Shown here in pieces: positions 23,437 to 37,340 of a stretch of 50,397 nt of DNA. The stretch spans positions 41,575-91,971 of the forward strand of contig MQRK01196336.1 of assembly GCA_001938485.1 (NCBI GenBank). The letters run 5' to 3'. Source of the stretch: Girardia tigrina. Its lineage: Eukaryota. The notes beneath the pieces are model-generated. The model was not told the DNA's origin. It did not search any database and worked only from the letters and a program-made list of their open reading frames with translations. Each line of letters begins with the position of its first letter. The stretch's first letter is position 1. Made by a program: the position numbers and the translations under genes.

Positions 23437-24701
23437 TTTTAGTTTAACAATGTTAACGAAAGATTTGTAATGTTACATTAAACTTTGGTACAAAATATAA
23501 CAAATTTTAATTAGTTGAATTATTTTAATAAATAAATGCCTAAATGAATGAATTAAAAAAGTATACGAATACATTTTATCTCGAAACGCGTCGTCTTATT
23601 TTTATCCCGTGTATATAGATTTTACTTTCCTGTTTTTATTCCGACGATAAAATAATTTTTTGAACGATTTTGAAAGAGCGAAGAAATTCAAACAAAATTT
23701 ATTTTCTCAATGTGTGATTATCTTTCAATGACCGAATAAAATATTATTATAAGAGTCAACAAATAAAAGAACGCCCAATTAATAATTTTTTTTTATTTTT
23801 CTTGTTCTCCCGACATTACATCAATTTAAATATTTTCAATTTCACCATTTTTTATTTATTACAGCTAAACAAAAGTTTTCTTTTATTAGTTTTTTTCTTT
23901 ATTTTTGATTGATTTTTCTCAGTTAGATTTTTGATGTTCTTTCGAGTACCACAACGTGTTTTGTTTTTAAAAATAAAATACGACTTTTCAAAAATTTTTT
24001 TATCAGAATATTCTTTATTTATATTAATACAAAATTTTATGATATTTTTTATGGAAAAGTTTATTTGAACTCAGCCAAAGCTATTATTACTTTTATTATT
24101 ATTAAGTAAATGAAGAAAGAGAGAAAATTGACAAAGTTTCCTTTTCCAAATGAATAACAAATATATAATTTCTAAATGTTGAATCTCGAATAATTCTGTA
24201 CAATTTTAAATTATTTTTTAATTCAACCAGTGATAAAATGGAGATACTTTTACAGTAATTATATTTTGTTTTATTGGAGCTATTTAGACATAATAATTGT
24301 ATTTTTTGGCATTTTTTATCATTTTATTCGGTGAATGTGTTATAACGAATTGTCTCATAAATATTCACTCATATCGCTTCATAATTAATAAATTATGTTT
24401 TACTTATTTTAGAGCTTTTATTCTAAAATTATCCTGTATTATTTTTATAAAAAGCAAATAAAAACATTTTATTCATAAAATAATATTTTATATGTGATAT
24501 GACGCTATTTTATTGTAAGTAAAACGAACTTTTTATATTATTTATTATTATGAATACAAGTATTATTTAATGTAACCAATCTCAATTAATACACATTAAG
24601 ATGTAATATTGATTGAGTTATATTAACAAATGATACAAAGGAAAATAGTTTTATGAATCAAGTGATAAAGTGATAGAGTTAATAGAGGACTTAAAGAACT
24701 A

Positions 24702-25713
24702 TCAGATTGTTGCAAAAGGAATGCAGGTGTTTGATTTTTTTTGTATTTACCCAATTTTATACGACTAAATCATGTATGAAATTGGGTATTTTATACATTC
24801 CAAAGCCTAATTTATACTCTTTCAGATATATTTGTCTAAAACTTATTATCATGTTTCTTTTGCAAATAATTTTGATTTTAATTGCAGATGTCAAAACTTG
24901 ATTTTCGCAACATTTACTTCTACGAGTTCAAGCTAGGGCATAATGCAGCTCAAACCGCTCGAAAATTCAACCAAGTTTGGGGCAATGGAAGTGTCAACGA
25001 ATGCACAGTGTAGCAGCGCTGTTATCAAATGTTTAGCTTTGGCAATCTAGAAGATGAGCCTCAAGACAACGTCGAATTGAAGGAACTGGTGGAAGCCAAT
25101 CCACGCACAACTGTTCAAGAACTTTCAGAAGAACTTAACGTTGATTCCTCAACCGTCGCTCGGAACTTGAAGCAAATTGCAAAGTCAAAAAAGCTCAATA
25201 AATGGGTGCCTCACGAATTTAACGAAAGTCTAAATATCGTCATTTTGAGGTGTCATCCGCACTTCTTCTGCGCAACAAGAACGACACATTTCTCGATCGG
25301 ATTGTGATCTGTGATGAGAAGTGAATTCTCTACGACAATCGGCAACGTTCAACACTATGGTTGGACCGCAATGAGGCTCCTCACCACTTTCTTAAACCGA
25401 AATTCCACCAAAAGAAGGTTATGGTGACTGTTTGGTGATCTGCAGCCGATCTCATCCATCACAGTTTTCTGGATACGGGTGAAACAAAAAACTGCCTCCA
25501 GGAAAAATGTTTCAAAAACCAAGATGACGTCAAAGACGCCTTTAACGCCTTCGTCGCATCCAGAACTAGGGTCATCAATAAACTTGTTTCTCGTTGGCAA
25601 AAATGTATCGATTCTGAAGGCTTTTATTTCGATTAATAAAGTTTATTCTGTGTTAGGTTACATTTGTTAAATGTTTAGGTTCAAAAACCTGCATTGTCTT
25701 TGCAAAAACCTAA
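24702..25713 (+). mobile_element. Internally deleted mariner with both TIRs
   Basis: Imperfect TIRs TCAGATTGTTGCAAAAGGAATGCAGG / CCTGCATTGTCTTTGCAAAAACCTAA flanked by TA; LYEFKLGHNAA, KWVPHEF, ICDEK*ILYDN, HQKKVMVTVW and RWQKCIDSEGFYFD; the catalytic middle is deleted near 25495. Confidence 0.93.
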
Positions 25714-26264
25714 TAATAATAACAGAGGAAAAAGCTTAACATTACTTCCTATGTACGTCAAAACGCAAGTTTTTGGGGTTTGAAACAAGTGAATAAGCAA
25801 TGGAACTTAAAAAAATGAAACGTAAAACTTGAATCTTTGAAAAATAGGATTGATTGAGGAGTGAATCAAATAGTTTCAATTGACAAAATTCTAAAGAATA
25901 CGGAATGCTTAAAACGTATTTTCAAATTAGTGGATCTTAAATATCATTTTTCATCGGTTTATTAATTAATTTATCAATTGTTTCTTTGGTCAGTTATTTC
26001 AATTGTGATCAATTGTTTCTTTGGTATCCTATTACGTTATATGTCAATAATGTTAAAGTAATGTTCACAAGACTCAATAAAATAAACATGAATATGATTA
26101 AGTTACAATAGTACACTAAATATTTCAAATGCTAGAAAAAGACCTGTCATATATGACGAGTGAGTTGAATTTTCGTCTTTGAAAATTCCTGTTTTAATTT
26201 TTAAATCGTAATTATTATAATTTATAATTTCAAATTCTGAGTTCATATAACAGTCGGTCAATTA

Positions 26265-26805
26265 ATTCGGCTTCCGGCGTCTTTTGGCGACGGCGCTGCA
26301 CAGACAGAACCATCGTAATGCGGGTTATCCAGATTGACCACGTTTTTACTTGGATTCGCTGGGATTCCACCGCAATTTCACATTTTAATCATAGCATGAT
26401 CAACAAACAAACAAACACATATATTAGATATAACGAAATTTCGCAAATTTATACTAAATTAAGTTTTAACAAAATAACTAGGAAATAAGTTATAGAAATC
26501 GTCATTTATCAATTGAAGTAATATGTTATTAGTATTGTCATAAAAATGCTCACGAAATTACTTGTAGGAATCATCCAAATCGGTATTATTCGAAATCTGA
26601 ATTGAGTTAACAATTTAACGATCTGTACAAAATTCGTTCGATTTCTTCGGCATCCCTGTATCTTTTGGCAAAGGCGCTGTACTGAAAAAACCGTTTCGAT
26701 GCGGGCTCTCCAGCTTGACCACGTCCTTACGTGGAATCACTATAAATTCCCAGAGACTTCACATTTTGATCATAGCGTGACCGACAAACAAACAAACACA
26801 CTTTT
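26265..26805 (+). repeat. Two diverged tandem ~155-bp units ending in (AAAC)n, Helitron-like
   Basis: 26266-26418 and 26646-26800 share GGCGCTG, ATGCGGG..TCCAG.TTGACCACGT, TTCACATTTT.ATCATAGC and ACAAACAAACAAACAC. Confidence 0.7.
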
Positions 26806-26877
26806 TAGACGAATATTATTATTTACATATATTAATATTATTATTATTTACATATATTAATAATATTATTATAGGAC

Positions 26878-27402
26878 CATTAACAACTCTAACATAGGTT
26901 TTCGAACTTTTTTTCAATACAATTTAAATTGTCTTTTGGACAATTCTCAGCCAAGCTTTCGTAATTCGACATCGTTTTAAATTGATAAATTTTAGTAAAT
27001 GTTTTTTAATAAACAATTATTCGAACAAATTTTTCATTATTTTATTTTTAAAATTCTAATTTTTTAATTTTAGTAATATTTTTATCTACATATTAATTTT
27101 ATTTTAAAAATAATTTTATTTAAAGAAAGAATATTTATTTAACTTAAAACTTAGTTAAAAGTTATTTACTTTATTTACATTTTTAATATTAAAATTTGAA
27201 ACGATTTTATATTTTTAAATTTTTTTTAAATATCTTATGCTGTACTTTAAAATGCAAATTATGCTCGAATAACTATTCATCGTGAACATCCAAAATACCA
27301 ATTGTTCATCTGGGTGGGAGAAACACATTTCCAAATACTAAACTCAACATACAAAAATCAACATACCAATTTCAACATACCAAATTTAAAATATTCATCA
27401 CA
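26878..27402 (-). mobile_element. Solo LTR (family A)
   Basis: TSD AGGAC at 26873-77 and 27403-07; the minus strand starts TGTGATGAATATTT, contains GTGTTTCTCCCACCCAGATG and ends GTTGTTAATG. Confidence 0.85.
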
Positions 27403-27740
27403 AGGACCTTATCAAAATATTTCCGAAATATTAATTATATATATATATATATAATAAATATATTATATATAAGTATATTATTATTATATAATTATTATAT
27501 ATAATATATATTAGATATTATAATCAAATTTCAGTTATTAGTGATTTTTGAGTTAGTTATTTGAGTTATTAGTTATTAGTAATAACTCAAATTTGATTCT
27601 TAATTTTTTTCTTGTAATTTCTTCAAATTGTGATTTATTTTGTTTTATTAATACTTTTCCATTTGTATTTATAAAGTTAATTTTTTATTAATGATAATTT
27701 AATTAACGACTTATATTTTTAAACTGATGAATATCTTTAA

Positions 27741-27968
27741 CCCTCAATCCATGATGTATTGTTTTGAATTATGAAAATAAACTGAATTATATTTCTTACC
27801 ACAATAAAAAAACGAAGTAAACGCCAAAATAATGCCGAATGTTTTCATTCGTAGATGATCTACATCCTATGGTCATAAACGTGTATTCAGTAACGTACAC
27901 ATGCAGATTTTTCTATAAAATTAAGTGAAAGAGGAGTGTAGACAATTGGCAGCAGTAGCACTTAAGAG
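27741..27968. mobile_element. Possible old piggyBac-type MITE
   Basis: TTAA|CCCTCAA ... TTAAGAG|TTAA; the TIRs are short and degenerate. Confidence 0.35.
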
Positions 27969-29663
27969 TTAAACATAACGCAGATATCTGTTGAAAAAAG
28001 GTTACGTCAATATTCATTGAAATATTAATTATAAGACAAGTGAATTCTTTAGCAATATAACAATGTTTTCTATTTCAAAACTATAAGACAAATAAATAAA
28101 ACTACATTTTTAATATTCCATTGAATAAATAAATTAATTTTAAGATTCCTACAAGGAATTAAGAAAAATTAACACCTTCCAATATCTAAAAATAAATATG
28201 AAGGCAGAAATGAAAAGATTGTACTTGTAGGAACAACTGCTTTTATTAGCTTCTCTTCAATCGGGTCATAGTTTCGTTCAATGTAGTGTCCCAACAGGGA
28301 CAAATAAATCATGTATGAATTTCATTTTATGACTTACAACAACATTTTATATACGTGTGATCTGATCACTTGTACTGTATAACTCATATTAACAATCAAA
28401 AACAAAAAATCAAAAAAATCAATTAAAATAATAAAAAAACAAATGAAAACAATTAATCGAGTTTAAAAATTATTTAACCTTTTGTTTGAGAGTGAAATGC
28501 ACTTACCAGTGACCATTATTCCTACGGAGGTAAGTGGCGGAGTCTCGCTTTTGTTTCGCATCTATTACGACGTTGATGATGGACAATCGTCCATAAATAA
28601 TAGTAGTAAATTTAGTGTTAATAAAGGGAAAAATAACTTTATCTATGTAACTAAATTTTTATATTAATTGTCAAAGACACCTGACAAAATAGTGAAGAAG
28701 TCTTGACTAATTCAAAAAGTTCAATGTACTTTGAGTTTGATCTCTTGTTATCTCGACCAATATGATGGAACACTTAAGACTCACTCTTAGTAATTTAAGG
28801 TTCCAGACTTAAACTCATTGTAAAAGTTTAAGGCAAAGGAGGACATGCATAAACTTCATAAAGAACTTCAAATAGTTCAAACTTTATTAGTTACGCCAAT
28901 ATTCTTATTCATAAAAATAATGTAGAAACTAACTTTGTCAAAAATTCTTTTTCCGACTTTTGTCTCGAAAATAATGGCTATTAAACCAGAATTCAAGAAG
29001 ATAAACTTTAGAGTCAAAATTAAATTTATCAATTTTTTTGATTAAACACGTGTTTGAAAAATTTAAATTTTAAATTAACCATTTAATGTTTTAGTCCTAA
29101 AATCAAATGATTAATAGAGATTATAAAATTTATTGGTGAAAGAATGGCGAGAAAAGCAGTTTATTAAGGTAACGTTTTTGGGAAAGACAAATAGTTTACA
29201 GATAATAAATTTTAGAATGTAAGATTTGTCATTGAAATTTCGGTCTCCATTTAATAGGAAACATAGTTAAAATGCCATCTGAGTTAAAATGCCATACATG
29301 GTCCAAATGAAGTAGATGTAAATGAAAGCCAGTTAAAAATCAAGAAGGCCCAATCTTCCAATGATTCACCAAGATTAATTATTCCAGAAACAATGATAAA
29401 TTTATCCCTGTAACAAACGATTTTTTTATTCCTTCCCTTCAGTCCAGGCCATCCTATACTCAGACTATTTGTCGCTAACAAATAAAGTAAATGAAAATAA
29501 AGTTGATTGGCCTCAAAACACAGCGCTTGTTCCTAACCGTTACCGAAAACAGTTTCATGGGCTACGATTTTTTTATTAAAAATGAAAAATTCTTTTTCAA
29601 GTGATAAAGCTCTTTTCATTCATACAACCTCTTCTCATGTGTTCGATGATAATAGCTTCAATT

Positions 29664-30757
29664 TATAGCTATTAGAATTGGTGATAATAGAAAATAAATT
29701 CCGAAACATGTTCATTAATCAATTTTCCTAAATAAACTTTAAAAAAATTATTTTTCAATATATATATTCAGTATCTTTCGGATATAATAAAAAATCGGAA
29801 AAAGTAAAATTATTTCGTGGCAGCAGCATCTGAGTGCAGAAAGGTTTGAACTTTAAGTCAGTTAATAAGAATTTGTTGTAATAAAAAATCCGTTATTATA
29901 AAATATCTTTCGGTCCTCTGAAGCAAAAATAAACATATTGAAATTGGCTATAATAATTTTGCTGTGTGTATGTCGTTAGTTGCTAGTCATTCAGTTATAC
30001 TTTCAATTATGTTAAAACTTTTAAAACAATCCAAGTAAGCTCTAAATAAGAAACTTATGTGTTTAATTCAAAAACCCATTATCTATTGCCATCAAAAGGT
30101 GAGCCCATGAATAATGCTAATGAACAAATCCAATCAAACGCTCAAACTCTTCAAATGCTACATAAAGTCCGCCTTTATCTATTAGAGCATTTTTCCTATG
30201 CAGAAGATTTCAGAAATTTAGACAATTCACAATTTTCTGTCACCATCACTGCATTCAACAGTAAAACGCAAACTACACTCCATTGTTTTGCAACTCACCA
30301 CTGATTTACACCTTTCTTTACTCAATTTTGAGTCATATCTAAGTGTTGTCCTCGAAATTTTACAAATAAAATGTACGGTATGTCACTTAGTGTTTTGGTT
30401 TGACTGAGTGAGGCGATTATTGTAATATGGACAGCTATGCAATATATTTGCGTGTTTAAATGTTATTTTAGAGAGTTGCATTTAACTAAGTACTGTATTG
30501 TACGTTCCATTTTCAGAAATCAGCTATTATAAAATTCGGTTATAATAATTTTTTCTGGCAAAATGAGCTTTATTATATCCGAAAGTTATTGCATATACAT
30601 ATGAAGTGGGATAATAAAAGTAAGGTAAAAGGAACATGAAACAATTTTGAAAAGGAAAACGAAGAACAAAAGTAATTTTTGCATAAATTCAACGAAATTT
30701 TCTTTTTCAAACTTTGCGATTTAATAATATTTCTATAAACTAACAATTCTAGCTATA
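29664..30757. mobile_element. ~1.1-kb non-autonomous DNA transposon with long imperfect inverted ends
   Basis: TATAGCT..AGAATTG..ATAGAAA mirrored at 30730-30757; CTTTCGGATATAATAAA (~29775) mirrored by TTTATTATATCCGAAAG (~30569). Confidence 0.55.
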
Positions 30758-32997
30758 ACGGAGTATGTTTGTACGAACCTGTCACTACAACAAATACTTT
30801 TTTAAAATGTTTTAAAAATAATAATTCATTCTCAAGTTTAGAGGTTTACAATCTAAAGTCCACAAGTATGCACATGTTGCAATATAATATCAATATAATT
30901 TTTGTTCGTGTAGTGCCCTACTGATTCTTTATTTTTTGTTGTTTTTTTTTCGGTTATGTGCGTATGTGATTATTTATGTATGTGACTTAAATAATGTTAT
31001 CAATGACATTTTTACGGTGGGAGTTTGATCGAAATTGTCAATCTTTCTGTGTGAACGCGACTGGGAATTTTATACAGAAATGTAAAAGAAAATTGTTGAC
31101 GGATAATTTGCAAAACAAACCGGCTGATAAATAGTCATATAATTGCTCACAAATCAAAAAAAAATAAAAGATGAATAAAATATTGCCTATGGCAATATTA
31201 AAGTTCAAATTAAAATAAAACGATCAATAAATAAATTGATCGATTTGGAAAACAAATAACAAAATAGATTCCAAAATTAAAAATAACTAATTACCATGAA
31301 TTCAGAAGACGGATCTCTCGTTGGGAAAATTATCGTTTTCTAATTAAACCTGCTTCGTTTGTTATAAAAACAACAAAAGACAATTCCAAATCAACTAAAA
31401 AAACTTGTATATTCCGNNNNNNNNNNNNNNNNNNNNNNNNNNNNNNNNNNNNNNNNNNNNNNNNNNNNNNNNNNNNNNNNNNNNNNNNNNNNNNNNNNNN
31501 NNNNNNNNNNNNNNNNNNNNNNNNNNNNNNNNNNNNNNNNNNNNNNNNNNNNNNNNNNNNNNNNNNNNNNNNNNNNNNNNNNNNNNNNNNNNNNNNNNNN
31601 NNNNNNNNNNNNNNNNNNNNNNNNNNNNNNNNNNNNNNNNNNNNNNNNNNNNNNNNNNNNNNNNNNNNNNNNNNNNNNNNNNNNNNNNNNNNNNNNNNNN
31701 NNNNNNNNNNNNNTATACACACATCAGCCAAACACAGCTTGTAAACAATCCGTAATTATACCAGTAATATCTTCTTTGAACAGTGATAAAAACCGTGCTT
31801 TAGCACCTCAGTTGAAACACGGTTTTTACAGTTCGATTATTATGTATTTCGGAAATTTTATTTAGTTTTTGATTGGAAACTAAGGCTGACACAGGTTATT
31901 GTCTCATTGTTTTGGAATTTCGCAATTTTATGATGTAGAATTTGTGATGGACAAAAACGAGTCGTTGCGTTACTTTTTGGTCGACGAACACTTTCTTTCT
32001 AATGGAAAACAAATTTGATTTACTAAATCACTTTAATCATTTTTTCTTATGTAATTTAATTATGACAAATAAATTTTGATTTTACTTTGTTCGATGAGTT
32101 TTAATTTTCTACCTCAAAACGGTCAACGAAATTTTCATGTCAACAGCACAATATAATCACAATTATACCGGTGGTATGTTCAGTGCAATGTTCAGCTGTA
32201 GAGTGAAAGTTAACACCTATTCGAGTTGCGGATCAAATGGCTTTCGGGTGGTCCATCAGCCCCATGAACACAAGCGTCCACATATATACGCCCATACGGC
32301 CAGGACTAAACAGATTAATTTTAGTGTCGTCTCAGTGGTCCGCAATTTCTTTCAGGGATTCACACAAATTGTAGAGAGGGCAACCAAAAACCTTTCCATA
32401 ATAAGATGTTTATGGAGATTATTAATTTTTACTACTAAAACCACACTTTCACACACAAAAAACTTTTAATGAAACAATTTAATAACTTCAAAAAAGTAAA
32501 TTGATCGTTAGGATATTTTGTTCTCGGTATTTATTTTAATATTTTATTAATATTTTAGAAGAGTCATAATATCAATTGTACTCCATTTTGCTATTTTACA
32601 GTTACTTCCATTATTATTTGAAAGATTATTAATGTATGATGTTCAGATCTTAGAGTAGATACTATTTCAAAAAGGGCTTTAATCAAATCTAAAGACTGTT
32701 GGTTAAGTTATAAACAATGAAAACTCACTTCATCATGGGATACAATTCAACTAAATTTAGGATAGAAGGACCCGATGTCCAATAAATACCGATTAATTTT
32801 ATTGAATAGGAGGAATACCATAAATGTCACCAAGTAGACAATGTTAGGGTATTTTTATGCGAGAGTGTAAAGAGAGGACAAAGATTGTACATAATCAAAT
32901 ATTATTTTTTTAATTTACCTTATAACATTATATCTTATAATTTAAGAAAATTGTATAAAATCAAGACAACTAAGATTACATTAATAAAACTACAAAA

Positions 32998-34494
32998 TTA
33001 ATCTTTACAAAATACTAAAGTATGACCTAAAGGGGAATGTACGACTCCTCCACTTGTTCCAGAGACAATTCTCTCAAAGTTCTCTAAAGTTTCGTTAGAT
33101 AACCGTATTGTAAACTTACCAAGAATCGTGGTTATAACATTAAAAATTTGGATTTTACCAACACCTTCTCCAAGACAACTTCTTTTTCCTATTCCAAAGG
33201 AAATTAATTTATTATTCGGTTGAAATTTTCCACTTTCTTTATCCAAAAATCTATAGGGATTAAATTTATTTGGATTTTCCCATATTGCTTCATTAAAATT
33301 GAGAGAATATTGTTCTCCAATTATTGTATCAGAAGGTTTTAATAAGAATCCCCGAAAACTTACTTCTTTTTGTAACCTGTGTTGGAAGGTCGGTATCACA
33401 ATAAAGTAGCGGTGACATTCTTCAAGGAAAGCCTGTGTAAAAGGAAAATACCGTTTCTGTTCGAAGGTAACCTTCCCAAATTGTTTTTTGATTTCCTTTA
33501 TTTCCGTCTTCATAACGTTTTGATAATCTTCATGTCTCGCAATAAGAAGTAAACACGCGGAAACGAAGCTTGTAAGGGTATCAGTACCAGCTAAAAACAA
33601 ATCGAAACAACTTTGTAAGATTTCGTCTACGGGTACTTCTTCTTTAATGTAAAAATCTAAAATACATTGAGGTTCATTTTCAGATTGATATTTTTCCAAT
33701 TTCGATTTATATTTTTCTTCTGTCATTTTTCTGAGGAATAAAATTGCGTCCTCAAATTTTATTGAGATGGGAAACAAATATTTAACTAATGAAAACGAGC
33801 GATACTTCCATAGCAATGTCAGCGTTGAAAAATCCGTTTGGGTTAAAAATTGAATTTGATGAAATATCTTCTTCAACTCAATACACGACGTTGCCGTATC
33901 TTCGTCCTGTCCATAAATTAACATATTAATAATATTAAAGAACATTTTGAAAACATTTGGTTCAATGCATATCTCTTGGCCACAGTTGGCGACGATATCT
34001 TCGGAAAGTCTTTCGAGTTCACTTATGGAAAGATCATTAAATTCTTTCTTTCCGATTCCCAAAGCATGGAAAGCTTTCAATGTCAAGGTTCTATTTTTTT
34101 TCCACGGTTCATTTTCATTAACCAATATACCTTTAAAGTTGTTGGATAAAATATCCATTCCAAAATATTTGGGACGTCCACTGAATAATACTTTATTATT
34201 AATATAAGCATCATAAATAACTTCATATGATGACAATAATATAAATCTAAAGTTTCCCAATGTGAATTTAGAAATGTCCCCATAATCTTCCTTAAGTTGT
34301 TGGTAGAAACGTTTTTGATTAAAATTTTTACCTTTTAAAAATGATTTATAAACTAGATACGGAAGAACTCCTAATATTGGAAGACTGACCGGTCCAGGAG
34401 GAGACTTGGATCTTGTATTTATGAGCAACCAGCAAATACACAGGAAGAAGAATGTACAGAATATTGAAACCAAGTTGATGAGAAGAGCGATCAT
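32998..34494 (-). CDS. Microsomal cytochrome P450, clan 2-like, 498 aa, single ORF
   Basis: N-terminal TM anchor, PPGP hinge, WKKNR C-helix, AGTDT I-helix, ECHR (ExxR), FNPYRF and heme motif FGIGKRSCLG. Confidence 0.96.
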   Translation of the reverse strand: MIALLINLVSIFCTFFFLCICWLLINTRSKSPPGPVSLPILGVLPYLVYKSFLKGKNFNQKRFYQQLKEDYGDISKFTLGNFRFILLSSYEVIYDAYINNKVLFSGRPKYFGMDILSNNFKGILVNENEPWKKNRTLTLKAFHALGIGKKEFNDLSISELERLSEDIVANCGQEICIEPNVFKMFFNIINMLIYGQDEDTATSCIELKKIFHQIQFLTQTDFSTLTLLWKYRSFSLVKYLFPISIKFEDAILFLRKMTEEKYKSKLEKYQSENEPQCILDFYIKEEVPVDEILQSCFDLFLAGTDTLTSFVSACLLLIARHEDYQNVMKTEIKEIKKQFGKVTFEQKRYFPFTQAFLEECHRYFIVIPTFQHRLQKEVSFRGFLLKPSDTIIGEQYSLNFNEAIWENPNKFNPYRFLDKESGKFQPNNKLISFGIGKRSCLGEGVGKIQIFNVITTILGKFTIRLSNETLENFERIVSGTSGGVVHSPLGHTLVFCKD

Positions 34495-35483
34495 TTGCGA
34501 ATTTTATGTCTAAACTTACAATAAAAGATTCCATTAGATAAACATCGTAAAATGTTTTGTTTGTCTACATTATTCATGATTGTTTAAATTAATGACTAAT
34601 TTAATAAATAAATTTTCTTTGAGTAAAAAAAATATATTTTCAATAAATGAACTAAATACACAAAAGAAGTAATACATGTAACCCTCGATTTACGTCGCAG
34701 TTACGTTACTACGAAAACCATTCAATCGAAACGATGTAAGATGAACCATGATATAGTTTGAGGTATTGGATTAGGTTCTAAGTTATTCAATAATTCATAT
34801 CCAATATTTGACCGTTTTAAAGGTAATTTGGGGTCGTAAAATTCAAAAATTAGTTTTTCTCTACATAATATTAAACTATAAATATATGATGCATCTTACT
34901 TTATACCATGCGCATGTTCTATATAAATCTCATATTAATATACCTTTTGATCATAATTATATTAACATGTCCACTAATTATACAAAATACATTGACTTCA
35001 ACCAGGGTCGTACACAGAAAAATATTTCGGGGGATGCAATATTACGTAATCAATATGTGGTTTCGATTTTCAAATTTAGAAAAATAAAAATTATTTATTA
35101 TTGAAATGTTGAAATTTATAATACCAACGAATTACCACATAAAAAAATTTTATTAGTAATAAAATTACGTAAATTTATAGAATAATTATGGAAGCATTAG
35201 TCTTATGAAGTTCTTCGACATAGTGTCTAAAATATTCAGTTAAAAAGACATTAATGTAATTAAGATCAAAATTCAATTTTTTCGGGGGGGATTTTTTAAT
35301 TTTCAAATTATTAAATATTTTGGATCGTTCACCTTCAAAATACAAGGATTTTAACTTATTGTTATTGATATTCAGTTAAAGAAACTGTAATGTAATTAAG
35401 ATCAAAATTCAATTTTTTCGGGAGGATTTCTTTTAATTTGCAAAACATTAATTATTTTTGATAGTTCACATTTAAAACTATTG

Positions 35484-37340
35484 CAGTATTTATCGGACTA
35501 TAAACCGCGGTATGAAAATTAAAAAAAAATTGGTTAGACATATACGCGTGTGCGACTTATGTAAAAATAAAAACATCAATATATAAAAACAAAACCAATA
35601 ATTTTATTTTAAGATTATTCGATTTCCTCGAATCCATCAAAATCTTCATCATCTATTATTTCAAATGTTTCGAAAATGTGCAAAAATTCCGTTTGGATTT
35701 CTTGTAAATCTTTATCCTCACTTCCAGTTTCAATTTCTGAATCATCATCACTTTCGATATTTTCATCATAATTTTGAATCTCTGCTTCCTTAAATCCATT
35801 TTTAATACACTGTGGTGTAACATCTTCCCAGCATTTAACAATCCAATGGCATATTTCTGAATGTGTCACTCTTTTGATTTTCTCCGTTTTGTTGTAAATG
35901 TGACAACCATTGATAATCCAATTTTCCCAATGTATCTTTAGCTTAGATTTGAACGAGTTTTTAACTGATAGATCAAGTGGTTGAAGGCTTTTAGTGAGGC
36001 CACCAGGGATCACTGCAAGTTCAGAATATTTTGACTTCATTTTTAACTTCCTTATTAAGATGACATCTAGCAGAATCGTATATGAAAAGAGATTTTGGCT
36101 TAAAAAAGGAATCGTTTCTTTTTATACAAATTTTTTGTATCCATTTTTTTTATTATTTCACTATATTATTTCAACAATAATTGTAATAATTAAATTGAAA
36201 AAAAGACGTAAACAATAAGATAAAATGATGAAAATAATTGTATAAAAATAAAAAGACAAAATAGTTAACAGATTAATAGAGAAAGAATTTTTTCTGCCTC
36301 CTTCAACAAGAGTCAGATAACCTTTTCTTCTGGACTCATTCGGGGTTGATGAGAAGCTCGTAAAATTTTACTATTAACCCCAACGTTTAATGAATTTTTA
36401 TTGACTTCAACAATAATTCCTTTTGGAAAATTTCCTTTGGGCATTGTTAGTCTTTTAAATATCACCATTGGTTTACATTTTTTTCAGCGGCAGTTACAGT
36501 TAATATAACTAAAGTTATATTTTTCATTTCCGGTTGTTTTGATCAGGATATCTTTTTTCCATTTTCATCAACTGTCCTTGTATCCGGAATATCGAAACTA
36601 ACAGAAACTTCATCCATATTCCCAAGATGCTTCAAATCGATATCTCTCTTTTTATCTTTAATAAAAAGTAAAAATGATTCTTTTTTTCTTCCCAATTAGC
36701 TGGCAACGATGGTCTGACTGAATTTACTGCTCTCATGCTTAAATTATTTATTTTCATAAATATTGTGCACAAACCATTCGTTCCTTTAAAATTTTCTATT
36801 TTAAAATCATCTTTTGCCATTTTTTTCGCTGTTAATCTAATTTCAATTGTAGAAACTTAAAACCATTTCTCCCTTTTCTCAATTACATACTTTTTAATGG
36901 CCTTTTCTAAATCCGGCCAATGTGCAAATCCCCTCTTTTTGCTTTCTTTTTTTCCGGCATTACGTTTAAAAGATTTTTCGATTTTCTCCAATCCCGAATG
37001 TTTTTTTCATTTATATTGAATTCTCTTTCGGCTTTTCTGTTATCATGTTTTTCAGCATAAGCAATAATTTCCAATTTTCTTTCGACCGTAAACGATCTTC
37101 TTGTTTTCTTCATTTTTAACGTGGATTTTAAATTCAAATTATTTTAATAAAACAAAAATAATTAAAGTCAAAATTAAAATAATATTAATTTCTTCATTTG
37201 CATAATTTAAAATAAGTTTTTGATTCAAGTTTTATTGTCACAAAAATATGCGACTTATACGCTGTTGAATTTAATTTTCAAATTTAAAAAACTGGGATGC
37301 GACTTATATGCGAGTGCGACTTATAGTTCGATAAATACGG
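35484..37340 (-). mobile_element. Degraded pogo-family (POGK/Tc2-like) transposon
   Basis: TIRs CAGTATTTATCGGACTATAA / TTATAGTTCGATAAATACGG-TA; subterminal TGCGACTTAT repeats; Brinker-like DBD (RRSFTVERKLEIIAYAE..NIRDWRK), GNMDEVSVSFD, YDSARCH, VIPGGLTKSLQPLDLSV and an acidic tail. Confidence 0.93.
36170..36402. repeat. Unclassified interspersed repeat, copy 2, interrupting the pogo transposase
   Basis: Sits between pogo residues GIIVEVN and SEIIKKWIQK; matches 19995-20223. Confidence 0.9.

Noticed and set aside
23575-23600. GAAACGCGTC resembling a hammerhead 3' half
   Set aside because: No CUGANGA box or stem II upstream.
28482-28667. Splice-donor-like GTAAGT motifs and a short ORF suggesting a host exon
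   Set aside because: No recognisable protein similarity or consistent exon chain.
33947-34283. Short ORFs overlapping the CYP (and similar ones overlapping TEs and the other CYP)
   Set aside because: Antisense or alternate-frame shadows without motifs.
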